In this document: piece by piece, positions 52,278 to 62,304 of the stretch
How positions within the stretch are numbered: position 1 is the first letter of the stretch
Layout: the number at the start of each line of letters is the position of its first letter
DNA from: Hyphomicrobiales bacterium
GTDB taxonomy: Bacteria > Pseudomonadota > Alphaproteobacteria > Rhizobiales > OSC116
Direction: 5' to 3'
Length of the DNA: 64,000 bases
NCBI GenBank assembly: GCA_013214705.1
Contig: JABSRZ010000006.1
Span: 156,338 to 220,337 of the forward strand
Position numbers and translations under genes: made by a program
Notes under the pieces: generated by a model
What the model saw: only the letters and a program-made list of their open reading frames with translations
The model's database searches: none
What the model was told of the DNA's origin: nothing

Positions 52278-53193
52278 AGCTTTTGCGGTTGTTGAGCTTC
52301 TCGACCAAACCCTTTAGCATATTTGCCCGATCGCCAAATATGGCCAATTGTTGTTTGGCGGCATTTATGCTGTCAGAGGCGGCTTGTTGGGCGGCTTCTA
52401 GGCCAATGAGTGAAACAAAAGTTTCTTTGCCGGCTTGCTCATCTTTATTTAACCGCTTGCCAACCTCGGCCTCGGTGCCAGTTACGTCTAAAATATCATC
52501 GGTAATTTGGAACGCCAGACCAAAATGTTCAGCATAGTTTTTTAGCGCCGCTAATTCTGGCGCGGTGGCGCCCGCAATAATAGCACCAGCTTGGCAAGCA
52601 TATTCGAATAAAGCGCCAGTTTTCTTTTGTTGTAATGAGATTATTTCATCCAATGTCAGGCTTTTTTTCTCGCCTTCAATATCGTCCATTTGCCCGCCAA
52701 TCATGCCATAACGGCCAGAGGCTACGGTTAGCGCGTGGATTAATTTTAAGCGCGTGGCGGTGGGTAGTTTTTCATCGCCGCTCATGATTTCGAACGCCAA
52801 AGACAAGAAAGCATCACCCACCAATATGGCGGTGGCTTCATCGAATTTAATGTGGCAAGTGGGTTGGCCGCGGCGCAAATCATCATCATCCATAGCTGGT
52901 AAATCGTCATGAATGAGTGATGAGCAATGAATTAGCTCTAGGGCAACAGCGGTGTCTAAAGCCGGGCTTATATCATCGGTAAATAATTGGGTTGTGGCCA
53001 AGATTAAAAACGGGCGTAACCGTTTGCCACCTTCTAATGCGCCATAGCGCAAGGCGTCTTCTAATTGGTTATTTTGCACTTGGCCGCTAAGGATTTGGGC
53101 GATTCTAGATTCTATAATCTTTTGGCTTTGAGCCAATTGCTCATTTAATGTTGAAGCCGACAGGTGAAGCGTATTTTTGCTGTCAGAAGCCAT
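52276..53193 (-). CDS. ispA: Farnesyl diphosphate synthase / polyprenyl synthetase
   Basis: GGKRLRP, LIHDDLPAMDDDDLRRG, KKTGALF, FQITDDILD. Confidence 0.93.
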   Translation of the reverse strand: MASDSKNTLHLSASTLNEQLAQSQKIIESRIAQILSGQVQNNQLEDALRYGALEGGKRLRPFLILATTQLFTDDISPALDTAVALELIHCSSLIHDDLPAMDDDDLRRGQPTCHIKFDEATAILVGDAFLSLAFEIMSGDEKLPTATRLKLIHALTVASGRYGMIGGQMDDIEGEKKSLTLDEIISLQQKKTGALFEYACQAGAIIAGATAPELAALKNYAEHFGLAFQITDDILDVTGTEAEVGKRLNKDEQAGKETFVSLIGLEAAQQAASDSINAAKQQLAIFGDRANMLKGLVEKLNNRKS

Positions 53194-53486
53194 ATAAAAT
53201 CCTTAATTTTAAAATTAAATTGTTTATTGCAGAAAAACATTATTGGTGCAATAGCCGGGGTTAACTAATAAATGAATTGTAAAGATTGATTTTTTGGGTG
53301 TTTGGCGGTATTTATAGGCATATATTTATAGAAAAATGAAGAAAACGGTAGATTTTTGGATAATTGCGCGTTATAACAGCGCAAATTCTTGATATTTGTC
53401 TCGGAAAGTGATTTTTGTGGCATTTTTATAACGGCTCTCATAAGGGCCACATTCGCTCTGCGGATATATTTATTGGAGTCATTAAA

Positions 53487-53672
53487 ATGGCAGTACCTAA
53501 GTCCAAAATCACCCGCTCTAAACGCGGTATGCGCCGCTCACATGATGCGCTAAAGCAACCTACATATATTGAAGATAAAGACAGCGGTGAATTGCGCCGC
53601 CCACACCATATTGATCTGAAATCTGGTCAATATCGTGGCCGTCAAATATTGGAAGCCAATGAAGAGCTATAA
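53487..53672 (+). CDS. rpmF: 50S ribosomal protein L32 (Cys-less type)
   Basis: [28 protein letters not shown]. Confidence 0.97.
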   Translation: MAVPKSKITRSKRGMRRSHDALKQPTYIEDKDSGELRRPHHIDLKSGQYRGRQILEANEEL

Positions 53673-53697
53673 TCGCTCTTAAGATAATTGTTATTAT

Positions 53698-53734
53698 AAA
53701 AAGAAAGATAGCTTAGCTGTCTTTCTTTTTTTTT
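53698..53734 (+). terminator. Intrinsic terminator after rpmF
   Basis: AAAAAGAAAGATAGC-TTA-GCTGTCTTTC followed by T9. Confidence 0.8.
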
Positions 53735-53773
53735 GACTTTGGGCTAGGCTTTTTTTTTGACTTTGGGCCAGGC
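53726..53773. repeat. 24-bp tandem duplication
   Basis: T9-GACTTTGGGC(T/C)AGGC twice. Confidence 0.8.
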
Positions 53774-53827
53774 TTTTGCATGGGCGAGCTTTATAGAGCC
53801 CAATGACCCTATTGAGAGGAATATAAA

Positions 53828-54226
53828 ATGCGTTATATATTGGCCATACCATCATTGGTATTTGTATTTGCAGTGTTGAATTATTGTATTTTTATGGGCA
53901 TAGATTTAACCGCTAAACTGACCCAGTTTGACATGATATCTGGCCAGGTTTTAGAGGTTAATTTTGGCGATATACTCATATTGGTGGGATTGCTTTGCTT
54001 GTTTGTCGACATTTTGAAATCTGTCCGCACATCTGTTGGGTCGGTGATAGAACACGCGTTTTCGACCATTTTGCTGATTGCGGCGATTGTTGAATTTTTA
54101 ATGCTAAAACAAGCCGGCACTATGGTGTTTTTAGTGATTACATTTATGATGTTGATTGACGTTGTGGGTGGCTATTCGGTAACCATCGGCACGGCGAGAC
54201 GCGATTTTTCTATGGTTGATAGATAA
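53828..54226 (+). CDS. Conserved hypothetical membrane protein
   Basis: Four TM segments, good RBS (GAGGA), C-terminal ARRD motif. Confidence 0.8.
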   Translation: MRYILAIPSLVFVFAVLNYCIFMGIDLTAKLTQFDMISGQVLEVNFGDILILVGLLCLFVDILKSVRTSVGSVIEHAFSTILLIAAIVEFLMLKQAGTMVFLVITFMMLIDVVGGYSVTIGTARRDFSMVDR

Positions 54227-54260
54227 ACGACATTAAATTAATTAGAGTGATGAGGATTTT

Positions 54261-55034
54261 ATGGATTGGCCACAAATAACCGCTTTATTATTGCCGACAT
54301 TTGTTACCTTTTTTGTGGTGATTGACCCAGTGGGGTTGGTGCCGTTTTTTATGACCTTAACTGACGGCGAAAGCCGCAAAGCAAAGGCCAGAATTGCACG
54401 CCGTTCGGTGTTTATCGCCGTGGTGATTTTGACAATTTTTGCCCTTGTTGGCAAAGATTTGCTGGAATTGTTGGGCATTAGCCTATCGGCATTTAGAATT
54501 GCCGGTGGCCTGTTGTTATTTCTGATTGCGGTGGAGATGTTGTTCGAAAAAAGAACTGAACGGCGCAAAAAAGAAGTGGATGGCACGCATAATGTTGACG
54601 CCCAGGCCGCTGCAAGCGATAAAAATGCCGCTGCAAGCGATAAAAATGCCGCTGCAGGCGATAAAAATGCCGCTGCCAGCGACAAAAATGAGGCTGCGGG
54701 CGACAAAAACGATGATGACGACGAGGAAGACGGCGTGGACGTGGCAGTGTTCCCACTGGCTGTGCCATTTATGGCTGGCCCCGGCTCTATCGCCACCATA
54801 ATTTTGCTGATGAGTGAATATGAAGACAATTGGGAGGCGCGCGTCGTGGTTTATGCGGTGATGCTCACTTGTCTGTTCACCTGTTTTATTATGTTTAGGC
54901 TTAGCGGCAAATTAGACAGAATCATCACCCCCAAAATGACCAAAGTGGCCACCCGTTTATTGGGTGTATTGTTGGCTGCATTGAGTGTCGAGTTTATAAT
55001 TTCGGGTTTAAAAAGCAGCGTATTATTCGTTTAA
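54261..55034 (+). CDS. MarC family membrane protein with a repeat insertion
   Basis: FVVIDPVG, AFRIAGGLLLF, AVFPLA.P..AGPGSI, RLLG..LAAL.V. Confidence 0.9.
   Translation: MDWPQITALLLPTFVTFFVVIDPVGLVPFFMTLTDGESRKAKARIARRSVFIAVVILTIFALVGKDLLELLGISLSAFRIAGGLLLFLIAVEMLFEKRTERRKKEVDGTHNVDAQAAASDKNAAASDKNAAAGDKNAAASDKNEAAGDKNDDDDEEDGVDVAVFPLAVPFMAGPGSIATIILLMSEYEDNWEARVVVYAVMLTCLFTCFIMFRLSGKLDRIITPKMTKVATRLLGVLLAALSVEFIISGLKSSVLFV
54606..54710 (+). repeat. Five in-frame 21-bp tandem repeats (AAASDKN-type)
   Basis: GCCGCTGCAAGCGATAAAAAT units at 54606, 54627, 54648, 54669 and 54690. Confidence 0.93.
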
Positions 55035-55050
55035 AATTCTAGGAGTTGTT

Positions 55051-56646
55051 GTGGCGAGAGATTTTCATATGCCGACAAGATCGGTAGTTTATGGCACGCA
55101 GGCAATGGTGGCGACATCTCACCCTGTAGCTAGTTTGGCGGCCAGAGATTGTTTAGCCGCGGGCGGTAATGCCATCGATGCAGCCATTGTGGCATCGGCT
55201 ATGTTATGCGTGGTTGAACCGCAATCGACCGGCATTGGCGGCGATTGCTTTGCGTTGATACGCCCAAAAGGTGAAAAAATTATTGGCTTTAATGGCTCTG
55301 GTTATGCTGGCAGCAAAGCCAATATTGATGACTTGTTGGCCGCAGGCTTAACAGAAATTGGCATTAATGATGCCAAATCGGTCACTGTGCCGGGCGCGAT
55401 TGACGCTTGGCACCAATTGCTGCGCGATTATGGCACATTAAGCTTGGGTGAAGCGTTAAAACCAGCCCAAAAAGTTGCCTCAGAGGGTTTTGTGGTTTTG
55501 CCGCGTGTGGCCTATGATTGGCAAAGCGTAGAGCCGCGTTTGGTTGGCAGGGCAGGTGCTGAGCAGCATTTGTTGCACGCCGGTAAAGCCCCGCAAGCGG
55601 GAGATTTATTTAAATTCCCAGCTTTGGCGCAAACATTACAAACCATAATAGACAAAGGCCGCGACGGTTTTTACCATGGCGATGTGGCGAATGACATTAT
55701 AGACACACTAGACGCGGGTGATGGTTTTTTGACCTTAGAAGATTTAGCCGACTATAAAGGCCAATATGTTGAGCCAATAAGAGGTCATTATAAAGGCCAT
55801 GAAGTGGTGGAATTGCCGCCCAATGGACATGGCGTTACGGCTTTGATATTGTTAAATATATTGGCGAAATTTGATATGTCGGCTTATGCTGCCGGCTCGG
55901 CTGTTCGTTATCACATCCATATGGAGGCGACACGGTTTGCTTATGCCCTGCGCGATAAATATGTGGCTGACCCAGATTTTTCTGATGTGCCTTTAGCGGG
56001 ATTATTGAGTGATGAGGTGGCGCAAAAAATTGCCGACCAAATAAATGTGAATGAAAAAGTTGAGCGCCATATATTGCCAGAATTGCCGATGAGCGATACG
56101 ATTTATTTGGCCATTACCGATAAAGACGGCAACGCCATAAGTTTTATAAACTCAACATTTGAACATTTTGGCAGTGGCATCGTGACGGCAAAAACCGGCA
56201 TTGCTTTGCAGTGCCGCGGCGCAGGTTTCTCGTTGGTTAAAAACCACCCCAACCAAATTGAACCGCGCAAGCGCCCGTTGCACACAATTATACCAGCAAT
56301 GTTAGAAAAAGATGGCGAATTGCTGATGAGTTTTGGGGTTATGGGCGGCTCTTACCAACCGTGTGGCCACGCTTTTTTCCTCAGCAATATTTTAGATTAT
56401 GGCATGGACATTCAACAATCGATTGATTTTCCGCGGATGTTTATGGATGGAGAGCGGCTTGGGGTTGAGAAAACCATAACTGCCAGCTTGCGGGCAGAAC
56501 TGGCCGAAAAAGGCCATGACATTTTTGAACGAACCACTCCATGGGGCGGCGCTCAGGCGGTTGAGATGACCATTAATAAAAATGGTGAGCGGCTGTTAAA
56601 AGGCGCATCTGACCCGCGTAAAGATGGCATTGCGGTGGGGATTTAG
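55051..56646 (+). CDS. ggt: Gamma-glutamyltransferase
   Basis: GGNAIDAA, GIGGDCF, ELPPNG.G, D-T autocleavage site (SDTIY), KRPLHTIIP, GVMGG, SDPRKDG. Confidence 0.93.
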   Translation: MARDFHMPTRSVVYGTQAMVATSHPVASLAARDCLAAGGNAIDAAIVASAMLCVVEPQSTGIGGDCFALIRPKGEKIIGFNGSGYAGSKANIDDLLAAGLTEIGINDAKSVTVPGAIDAWHQLLRDYGTLSLGEALKPAQKVASEGFVVLPRVAYDWQSVEPRLVGRAGAEQHLLHAGKAPQAGDLFKFPALAQTLQTIIDKGRDGFYHGDVANDIIDTLDAGDGFLTLEDLADYKGQYVEPIRGHYKGHEVVELPPNGHGVTALILLNILAKFDMSAYAAGSAVRYHIHMEATRFAYALRDKYVADPDFSDVPLAGLLSDEVAQKIADQINVNEKVERHILPELPMSDTIYLAITDKDGNAISFINSTFEHFGSGIVTAKTGIALQCRGAGFSLVKNHPNQIEPRKRPLHTIIPAMLEKDGELLMSFGVMGGSYQPCGHAFFLSNILDYGMDIQQSIDFPRMFMDGERLGVEKTITASLRAELAEKGHDIFERTTPWGGAQAVEMTINKNGERLLKGASDPRKDGIAVGI

Positions 56647-56757
56647 GCCAAAGTGGCGGTTTCAAATTGATACAAATATGTGCCAATATGCGCCACTAAT
56701 GCGCCGGAATGCGCTAGAAATCGAATCTGTATCAGTTTGGGACGTTATTTTGGCGGT

Positions 56758-57108
56758 CTAGATTTTGGTATCCAGAGCTGTGTTTTGCGACATATTGATG
56801 ATGTTGGCAGAATTTTGATAAGATATTTTGGCTTGCCAAGCGGCTTTGCGGCCAATAAAAGCCCGGCGTTTTTGGCTTTTTACTTGATGGATATATTGAG
56901 CTAAAAATGGATTGTTTACATGCAATCTTTCGCTGTTAAAGCGTTTATATTCAGTGACTTGCGTTGGCACAAGCTGGCGATTTTGGCTGATGGCAGGGCG
57001 GGTTATAGCCGCCGTTTCGCTAGATTTTTGCGCACTGGCATAGGTCGCGGTTTTTGGTTTGTCGTTTAAATGACTAAAATTTGTATTTGGGGTTTTGCCT
57101 ACATTCAT
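56758..57108 (-). CDS. Hypothetical protein
   Basis: 116-codon ORF filling the gap, divergent from the GGDEF/EAL gene; FLAQYIHQ segment. Confidence 0.55.
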   Translation of the reverse strand: MNVGKTPNTNFSHLNDKPKTATYASAQKSSETAAITRPAISQNRQLVPTQVTEYKRFNSERLHVNNPFLAQYIHQVKSQKRRAFIGRKAAWQAKISYQNSANIINMSQNTALDTKI

Positions 57109-57261
57109 ATCGATGCCTATTGGTTATTATACCAATTAAGTTGCAAGAATGCGGCCAAGATGGATGATGTGCGAGAATATAGTTGAAATTATATCGATGT
57201 TAACCAATGCCTGCAAAACTCCGCACACAGAAATGTTTTGGATAAAACCGGTAAGACCATC

Positions 57262-59148
57262 ATGTCAGACAGTGAAAACCCCATCAATAAAACCACAGAT
57301 ATTCGGCAGAGTGCCGAAACTCAGCCAGCCATTATCGCGGCTGGCAATATAACCGACGCCAATATGGCCGCTGCGAATGGCAATGGCAGCCAATTAAGCT
57401 TGTCGGAAAATGCGAAAATATTTAGCGCCATTGGCGACATCACTTATCATTGGAATTTGGCATCTGACGACATTAGTTTTAGTCAAAATATTCAACAAAT
57501 TGCCGAATTTATAGACATAAGCACAATCACCAGCGCAGCGGGGTTTGCCGCTGTTATGGCGGCCGATAATATCGATGATAGATATAATAGCGTTTGCAAA
57601 TCTAGACAAAGTGACGATGGCCAAGGGGTTGAATATAAGCTTGAATATAGAATGGTGAACTCCAATAGCGGAAATCAAGGTTGTTGGATAGAAGACAAGG
57701 GAAAATGGTTTGCCGGCGCATCTGGCCGCCCAGAAACGGCGTTTGGGGTTATGCGCATTATCGACAAAAGCCGCGCTGAGGCACATGAGCAAGCTCTATA
57801 TGCCAATCGGGATTTGCTGACCGGCTTTGTGCACCGCGTTCATTTGTGCGAGACATTAAAACAATCTGTTGTCAGCATTGAGAAACAGAATAAACAGGGT
57901 GCATTTTTATTAATTGGCATCGATAATTTGGCGATGATTAACCAAGCCTATGGCCTAGATGTTGCCGACGAAGTGATTGCGCTGGTGGCAAAACGCATAC
58001 AAAGCCTATTGCGCCGCACCGATGTTATTGGCCGTTATGCTGGCAATAAATTTGGCATCATATTGCACAATTGTGGTTTAGACCAAATTAGTGTTGCGGC
58101 TCAACGTTTGATTGGCGCCATTGGCGAAGATGTGATTAGAACTGGCACTGAGGCGGTGAGTGTGACTTTATCGGCTGGCGGGGTGTCGATACCCAAACAT
58201 TCAAATGTGCCGCAAGACATTATGCAATTTGCCGAACAGGCTTTAACGCTGGCCAAAGAGCGACCGGTTGAAAGTTTTTTTGTTTATCAGCCAAATAACC
58301 ACCGCGAGATTTCAGGCAAAGTGAATGTTACGGTGGCGGGCGAAATTGTCAATGGGTTGAATGACCGGCGGGTGAAAGTGGTGTATCAGCCACTTGTAGC
58401 CGCAGCTAACGGCGAAGTTGCAAGTTATGAATGTTTGATCAGGCTTGAGACCAAAGACGGTGAAACGCTAACTGCAGCGCAAATTGTGCCAGTGGCAGAG
58501 CGGTTAAACCTGATGCGATTGCTAGACTTGCGAGTGCTGGAAATAGCCCTGCAAAAACTAAAAGATGTGCCGCAGTTGCATTTGGCGGTGAATATATCTG
58601 CCGGAACCATTGTAGATTCGAACTGGTTAGACTATTTGACTGCAAGTGTGGGCGGTCAGAAAAGCTTCGGCCATCGCCTGACCATTGAAATTACTGAAAC
58701 CGCACTGTTAAGCGATGTGCAATATACCGCCGAATTTGTGCATAAAATTCATAAATTGGGTTGTTTGGTGGCGATCGATAATTTTGGTGCGGGCCAGACA
58801 AGTTTCCAGAATTTGAAACTATTAAATGTTGATATTGTTAAAATTGATGGCTCGTTTATGCAGAATTTGCGCCATTGCGATGATGATAAATTCTTTGTGC
58901 AAACCATGCAAAATATGGCCAAACATTTTGACCTAAAAACCGTGGCTGGATGGGTCGAACATGCCGAAGATGTGGCGACATTGCGCGACATTGGGGTGGA
59001 TTATTTGCAGGGCTTTTATTTTGGCCAAGGCAAAGCTGAATTGCTTAAAGCCGATAAACATGGCAAGTTGGTTTTGGGCGAGATATACCAACAAAAAACC
59101 CGCAAAATCAAAAACACCGAACGCCAAACTAAGCTTAAAATTGGCTAA
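57262..59148 (+). CDS. PAS-like/GGDEF/EAL protein with degenerate active sites
   Basis: DLLTG, RRTD-VIGRY-AGNKF, YQP, ECLIR, IEITE, DNFGAG, KIDG, AGWVE, LQG. Confidence 0.9.
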   Translation: MSDSENPINKTTDIRQSAETQPAIIAAGNITDANMAAANGNGSQLSLSENAKIFSAIGDITYHWNLASDDISFSQNIQQIAEFIDISTITSAAGFAAVMAADNIDDRYNSVCKSRQSDDGQGVEYKLEYRMVNSNSGNQGCWIEDKGKWFAGASGRPETAFGVMRIIDKSRAEAHEQALYANRDLLTGFVHRVHLCETLKQSVVSIEKQNKQGAFLLIGIDNLAMINQAYGLDVADEVIALVAKRIQSLLRRTDVIGRYAGNKFGIILHNCGLDQISVAAQRLIGAIGEDVIRTGTEAVSVTLSAGGVSIPKHSNVPQDIMQFAEQALTLAKERPVESFFVYQPNNHREISGKVNVTVAGEIVNGLNDRRVKVVYQPLVAAANGEVASYECLIRLETKDGETLTAAQIVPVAERLNLMRLLDLRVLEIALQKLKDVPQLHLAVNISAGTIVDSNWLDYLTASVGGQKSFGHRLTIEITETALLSDVQYTAEFVHKIHKLGCLVAIDNFGAGQTSFQNLKLLNVDIVKIDGSFMQNLRHCDDDKFFVQTMQNMAKHFDLKTVAGWVEHAEDVATLRDIGVDYLQGFYFGQGKAELLKADKHGKLVLGEIYQQKTRKIKNTERQTKLKIG

Positions 59149-59167
59149 TGTCTAAACGGTTCTGAGC

Positions 59168-60073
59168 ATGACAAAAAAACAAAATGAAGCCAGCTTATTG
59201 GGATTGTGTGCGGTGATATTATGGTCATTATTGGCTTTATTTACCACTTTTAACAATTATATACCGGCATTTCAATTGTTGGGGTTTAGTTTTTTTATTG
59301 CGACCTTGGTTGGCGTGGGGTTTATGTTGGCAACCCGGCAGAGTTTCAAAATATTATTGCGGTTAAAATGGCAGGCTTGGGTGCTGGGCATTTATGGTTT
59401 GTTTGGCTTTCATTTATGCTATTTTTTGGCGCTGCGTTTTGCCCCGCCGATGGAAGCCAATATAATAACCGCCTTGTGGCCATTGCTTATTGTTATGGGT
59501 TCGGTGCTGGTGTTAAAAGGCAGCCAACATGATACTGGCCTTAAATGGTGGCACATAATTGGCGCTATATTAGGCCTTGCCGGGGTGCTAAATGTGAGTT
59601 TGGCAAATGGCCTATCTGGCTTTATATGGCAATATTTGTGGGGTTATGGCTTTGCGCTCCTTTGCGCCTTTATTTGGTCGAGCTATTCGTTATTATTGCG
59701 CAAATTACCCGATGTGCCTACGGCGGCGGTGACCGGTTTTTGTATGGTCACATCTATTTTGGCATTTGGCTTTCATTTTGCGTTTGAAACCACAATATGG
59801 CCAGAAACTGGTTTTTCGTGGGTGATGTTGGTGGCCATTGGTTTGGGCCCGGTGGGGGCTAGTTTTTATTTTTGGGACTATGGCATGAAGCATGGCGATT
59901 TGCGCGCATTGGGCGCGGCTTCATATTTGTCACCGATATTTGCCACAATGTTATTGGCATTGGCCGGTTATGGCATACTGACCTATACGGTGGTGGTGAG
60001 CAGTATTTTGGTGGTTGGTGGCGCATTATTGGCCAGTAAAGATATATTATTTAAGCCCAGAAAAAAGCGCTAA
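59168..60073 (+). CDS. DMT/EamA family transporter (YddG-like)
   Basis: LWS.LA, LWPLLIV, WSSYS, WDYGMKHGD, SYLSP. Confidence 0.87.
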   Translation: MTKKQNEASLLGLCAVILWSLLALFTTFNNYIPAFQLLGFSFFIATLVGVGFMLATRQSFKILLRLKWQAWVLGIYGLFGFHLCYFLALRFAPPMEANIITALWPLLIVMGSVLVLKGSQHDTGLKWWHIIGAILGLAGVLNVSLANGLSGFIWQYLWGYGFALLCAFIWSSYSLLLRKLPDVPTAAVTGFCMVTSILAFGFHFAFETTIWPETGFSWVMLVAIGLGPVGASFYFWDYGMKHGDLRALGAASYLSPIFATMLLALAGYGILTYTVVVSSILVVGGALLASKDILFKPRKKR

Positions 60074-60831
60074 AAATTATCTTTCATCTGCCGCAATTTG
60101 GTAAACACTTCAAGCTCAGTGGCATGCGGCATATTTAGATTTTGCCTAATTTCGGCGCTATTGGTACGCAAAAATGGGTTGCTGGCTTGTTCGGCAGCCA
60201 AACTAGTGGGTAATGTTGGTTTGCCTTGGTTGCGCAAAGTTTTCACCTCGGCCAATCTGGCTCGTAGCGCCACATTATTCGGCTCGACCGCACGGGCAAA
60301 TTGGCCATTTGAAGCGGTATATTCGTGCCCGCAATAAAGCATGGTGTCATCTGGCAGGTTTTGGAGTTTTTGGATTGAGTTGAATAATTGTGCAGCACTG
60401 CCATCTAACAACCGGCCACAGCCTAATGAAAATATAACATCTGCAACTACCGCCATTTTAAGCTGAGCTACATAAAAACAGATATGATCGGATTTATGGC
60501 CGGGCGTGTCGAAAATCTGGATGTCTAAACCGGCGACAGTTAGTTGACCAGTTTCATCAATGGTTTGTAAGGCAAAACCCAAACCAGCAGAATTGATGGC
60601 CGAACCATATATAGTGCCGCCAAATTGTGCCATCAGGCTGGACACGCCTTGAATGTGGTCTAAATGATAATGGGTGAGCAATATGGCGGTTAAATTCCAG
60701 CCATTGGCGGTTAAAACTTTGGCAATGGCGTCATGTTCTGGGGCATCAAATAATATGGTTTCACCGGTCGCGTCATTATGGATTAATACGGCATAATTAT
60801 CTTGAAGGCAGGGGATTTGGATGATTTGCAT
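60070..60831 (-). CDS. gloB: Hydroxyacylglutathione hydrolase (glyoxalase II)
   Basis: DNYA, THYHLDH, TPGH, GCGR, CGHEYT, NPFLR, LR..KDNF. Confidence 0.95.
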   Translation of the reverse strand: MQIIQIPCLQDNYAVLIHNDATGETILFDAPEHDAIAKVLTANGWNLTAILLTHYHLDHIQGVSSLMAQFGGTIYGSAINSAGLGFALQTIDETGQLTVAGLDIQIFDTPGHKSDHICFYVAQLKMAVVADVIFSLGCGRLLDGSAAQLFNSIQKLQNLPDDTMLYCGHEYTASNGQFARAVEPNNVALRARLAEVKTLRNQGKPTLPTSLAAEQASNPFLRTNSAEIRQNLNMPHATELEVFTKLRQMKDNF

Positions 60832-60929
60832 AATTCACTCGGCTTTAATTTTTAATTTATATGATTATATCTTAAACTGGCCTATGTTAAAGCCAAATAT
60901 TGATTAGTGACCGGCAAGAGTAATACCCC

Positions 60930-61673
60930 ATGGATATAGTTGATCTACAAAGTTTTTATTCGCGTCCATTGGGCCAAGCCGCTTGCAAATTAATCACCCG
61001 CACCATTGGCGAATGTTGGCCAGATTTAACCGGCTATAGTATGTTGGGCATCGGCTTTGCCACACCCTATTTAGAACCGTTTAAAGATGAATGTTTGACA
61101 TCGATGGCTTTTATGCCTGCTCAACAAGGGGTTATGCGCTGGCCACAGTCCGAAAAAAATGCAGTTGCGTTAACCGAAGAGGCGTTATTTCCGTTAGCGG
61201 ATAGCAGCATTGACCGCATATTAATTGTGCATGGGCTAGAGATGAGCCACAGCCCGCGCGAATATTTGCGTGAAGTGTGGCGGGTGTTAAAACCTGATGG
61301 CCGGGCTATATTTGTGGTGCCAAACCGTTCTGGTATTTGGGCGCGGGTGGACAAAACCCCGTTTGGCCATGGCCGGCCTTTTAGCCAACCGCAAATGTTA
61401 GAATTGCTAAAATCTAATATGTTTTTGCCGATAAGTTGGTCGGGCGCGTTGTACATTCCGCCGACCAAACGAGATTTTATTTTAAAATCGGCCAATGCCT
61501 TTGAAAAATTTGGCCGTTGGGCGCGGGCAGGGCTGGGCGGGGTGACCATTATACAGGCCACTAAGCAAGTTTATGCGTGGCCGCCGGGTAAAATGTTGCG
61601 CAAACAAAAACTGCAAGAAGCCATGATGAACCGGCGAGAATGCGGCAGTCATTATAGGCAATTAGATGACTGA
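60930..61673 (+). CDS. Class I SAM-dependent methyltransferase (YafS-like)
   Basis: G.GFATPYL, FMPAQQG, LREVWRVL.P.G, PNR.G.WAR..TPFG.G; divergent from gloB. Confidence 0.87.
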   Translation: MDIVDLQSFYSRPLGQAACKLITRTIGECWPDLTGYSMLGIGFATPYLEPFKDECLTSMAFMPAQQGVMRWPQSEKNAVALTEEALFPLADSSIDRILIVHGLEMSHSPREYLREVWRVLKPDGRAIFVVPNRSGIWARVDKTPFGHGRPFSQPQMLELLKSNMFLPISWSGALYIPPTKRDFILKSANAFEKFGRWARAGLGGVTIIQATKQVYAWPPGKMLRKQKLQEAMMNRRECGSHYRQLDD

Positions 61674-61689
61674 TTGATTTAGCAGAAGG

Positions 61690-62304
61690 TTATTTTTTGC
61701 TGAGTAAAAAAATAGCTTGGTCGCCAAATAAATTATTCATACCCATCCAGGCTGGTAATTTGAGCTTTTGGCCGCGTTTGTTTAAAATCACCGTGTCGAG
61801 AATTTTAATGTCTAAATCGTGACACAGGATTCTGAAATCGGTGATGGTGCAAAAATGCACATTGGGGGTTTCATACCACGTATATTCGAGGTTTTTAGTC
61901 ACCGGCATTTGGCTTTTAAACGCCAAAGAACTGATCACCCGCCATTGGCCAAAATTAGGAAATGAAACAATGGCATGTTTGCCAATGCGCAACATTTCTT
62001 TAAGCACCAAATCTGGCCGCTGGGTGGCCTGAATGGTTTTGCTTAAAATGACATAATCAAAAGCATTATCGGGGTAATAAGCTAAATCGACATCGGCATT
62101 GCCTTGCATAACCGATAGGCCATCGGCCACGCAGGCGTTAACTCCGGTTTGGTCAAGCTCAAGACCTCTGGCATCTATATTTTTATTTTTGGTCAGCAGT
62201 TTTAACAATCTGCCATCGCCGCAGCCAATGTCCAATACGCGGCTGTTGGGGGCTATCATATCTGCCAATAATAACAGGTCGAAACGTTGTGATTCAAAGC
62301 TCAT
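61690..62304 (-). CDS. metW: Methionine biosynthesis protein MetW
   Basis: [35 protein letters not shown]. Confidence 0.95.
   Translation of the reverse strand: MSFESQRFDLLLLADMIAPNSRVLDIGCGDGRLLKLLTKNKNIDARGLELDQTGVNACVADGLSVMQGNADVDLAYYPDNAFDYVILSKTIQATQRPDLVLKEMLRIGKHAIVSFPNFGQWRVISSLAFKSQMPVTKNLEYTWYETPNVHFCTITDFRILCHDLDIKILDTVILNKRGQKLKLPAWMGMNNLFGDQAIFLLSKK

Noticed and set aside
54242-54829. Long antisense ORFs (this one, 822-1322, 12633-13205, 19556-20032, 61121-61561)
   Set aside because: Shadow frames of well-supported genes, with no recognisable motifs.
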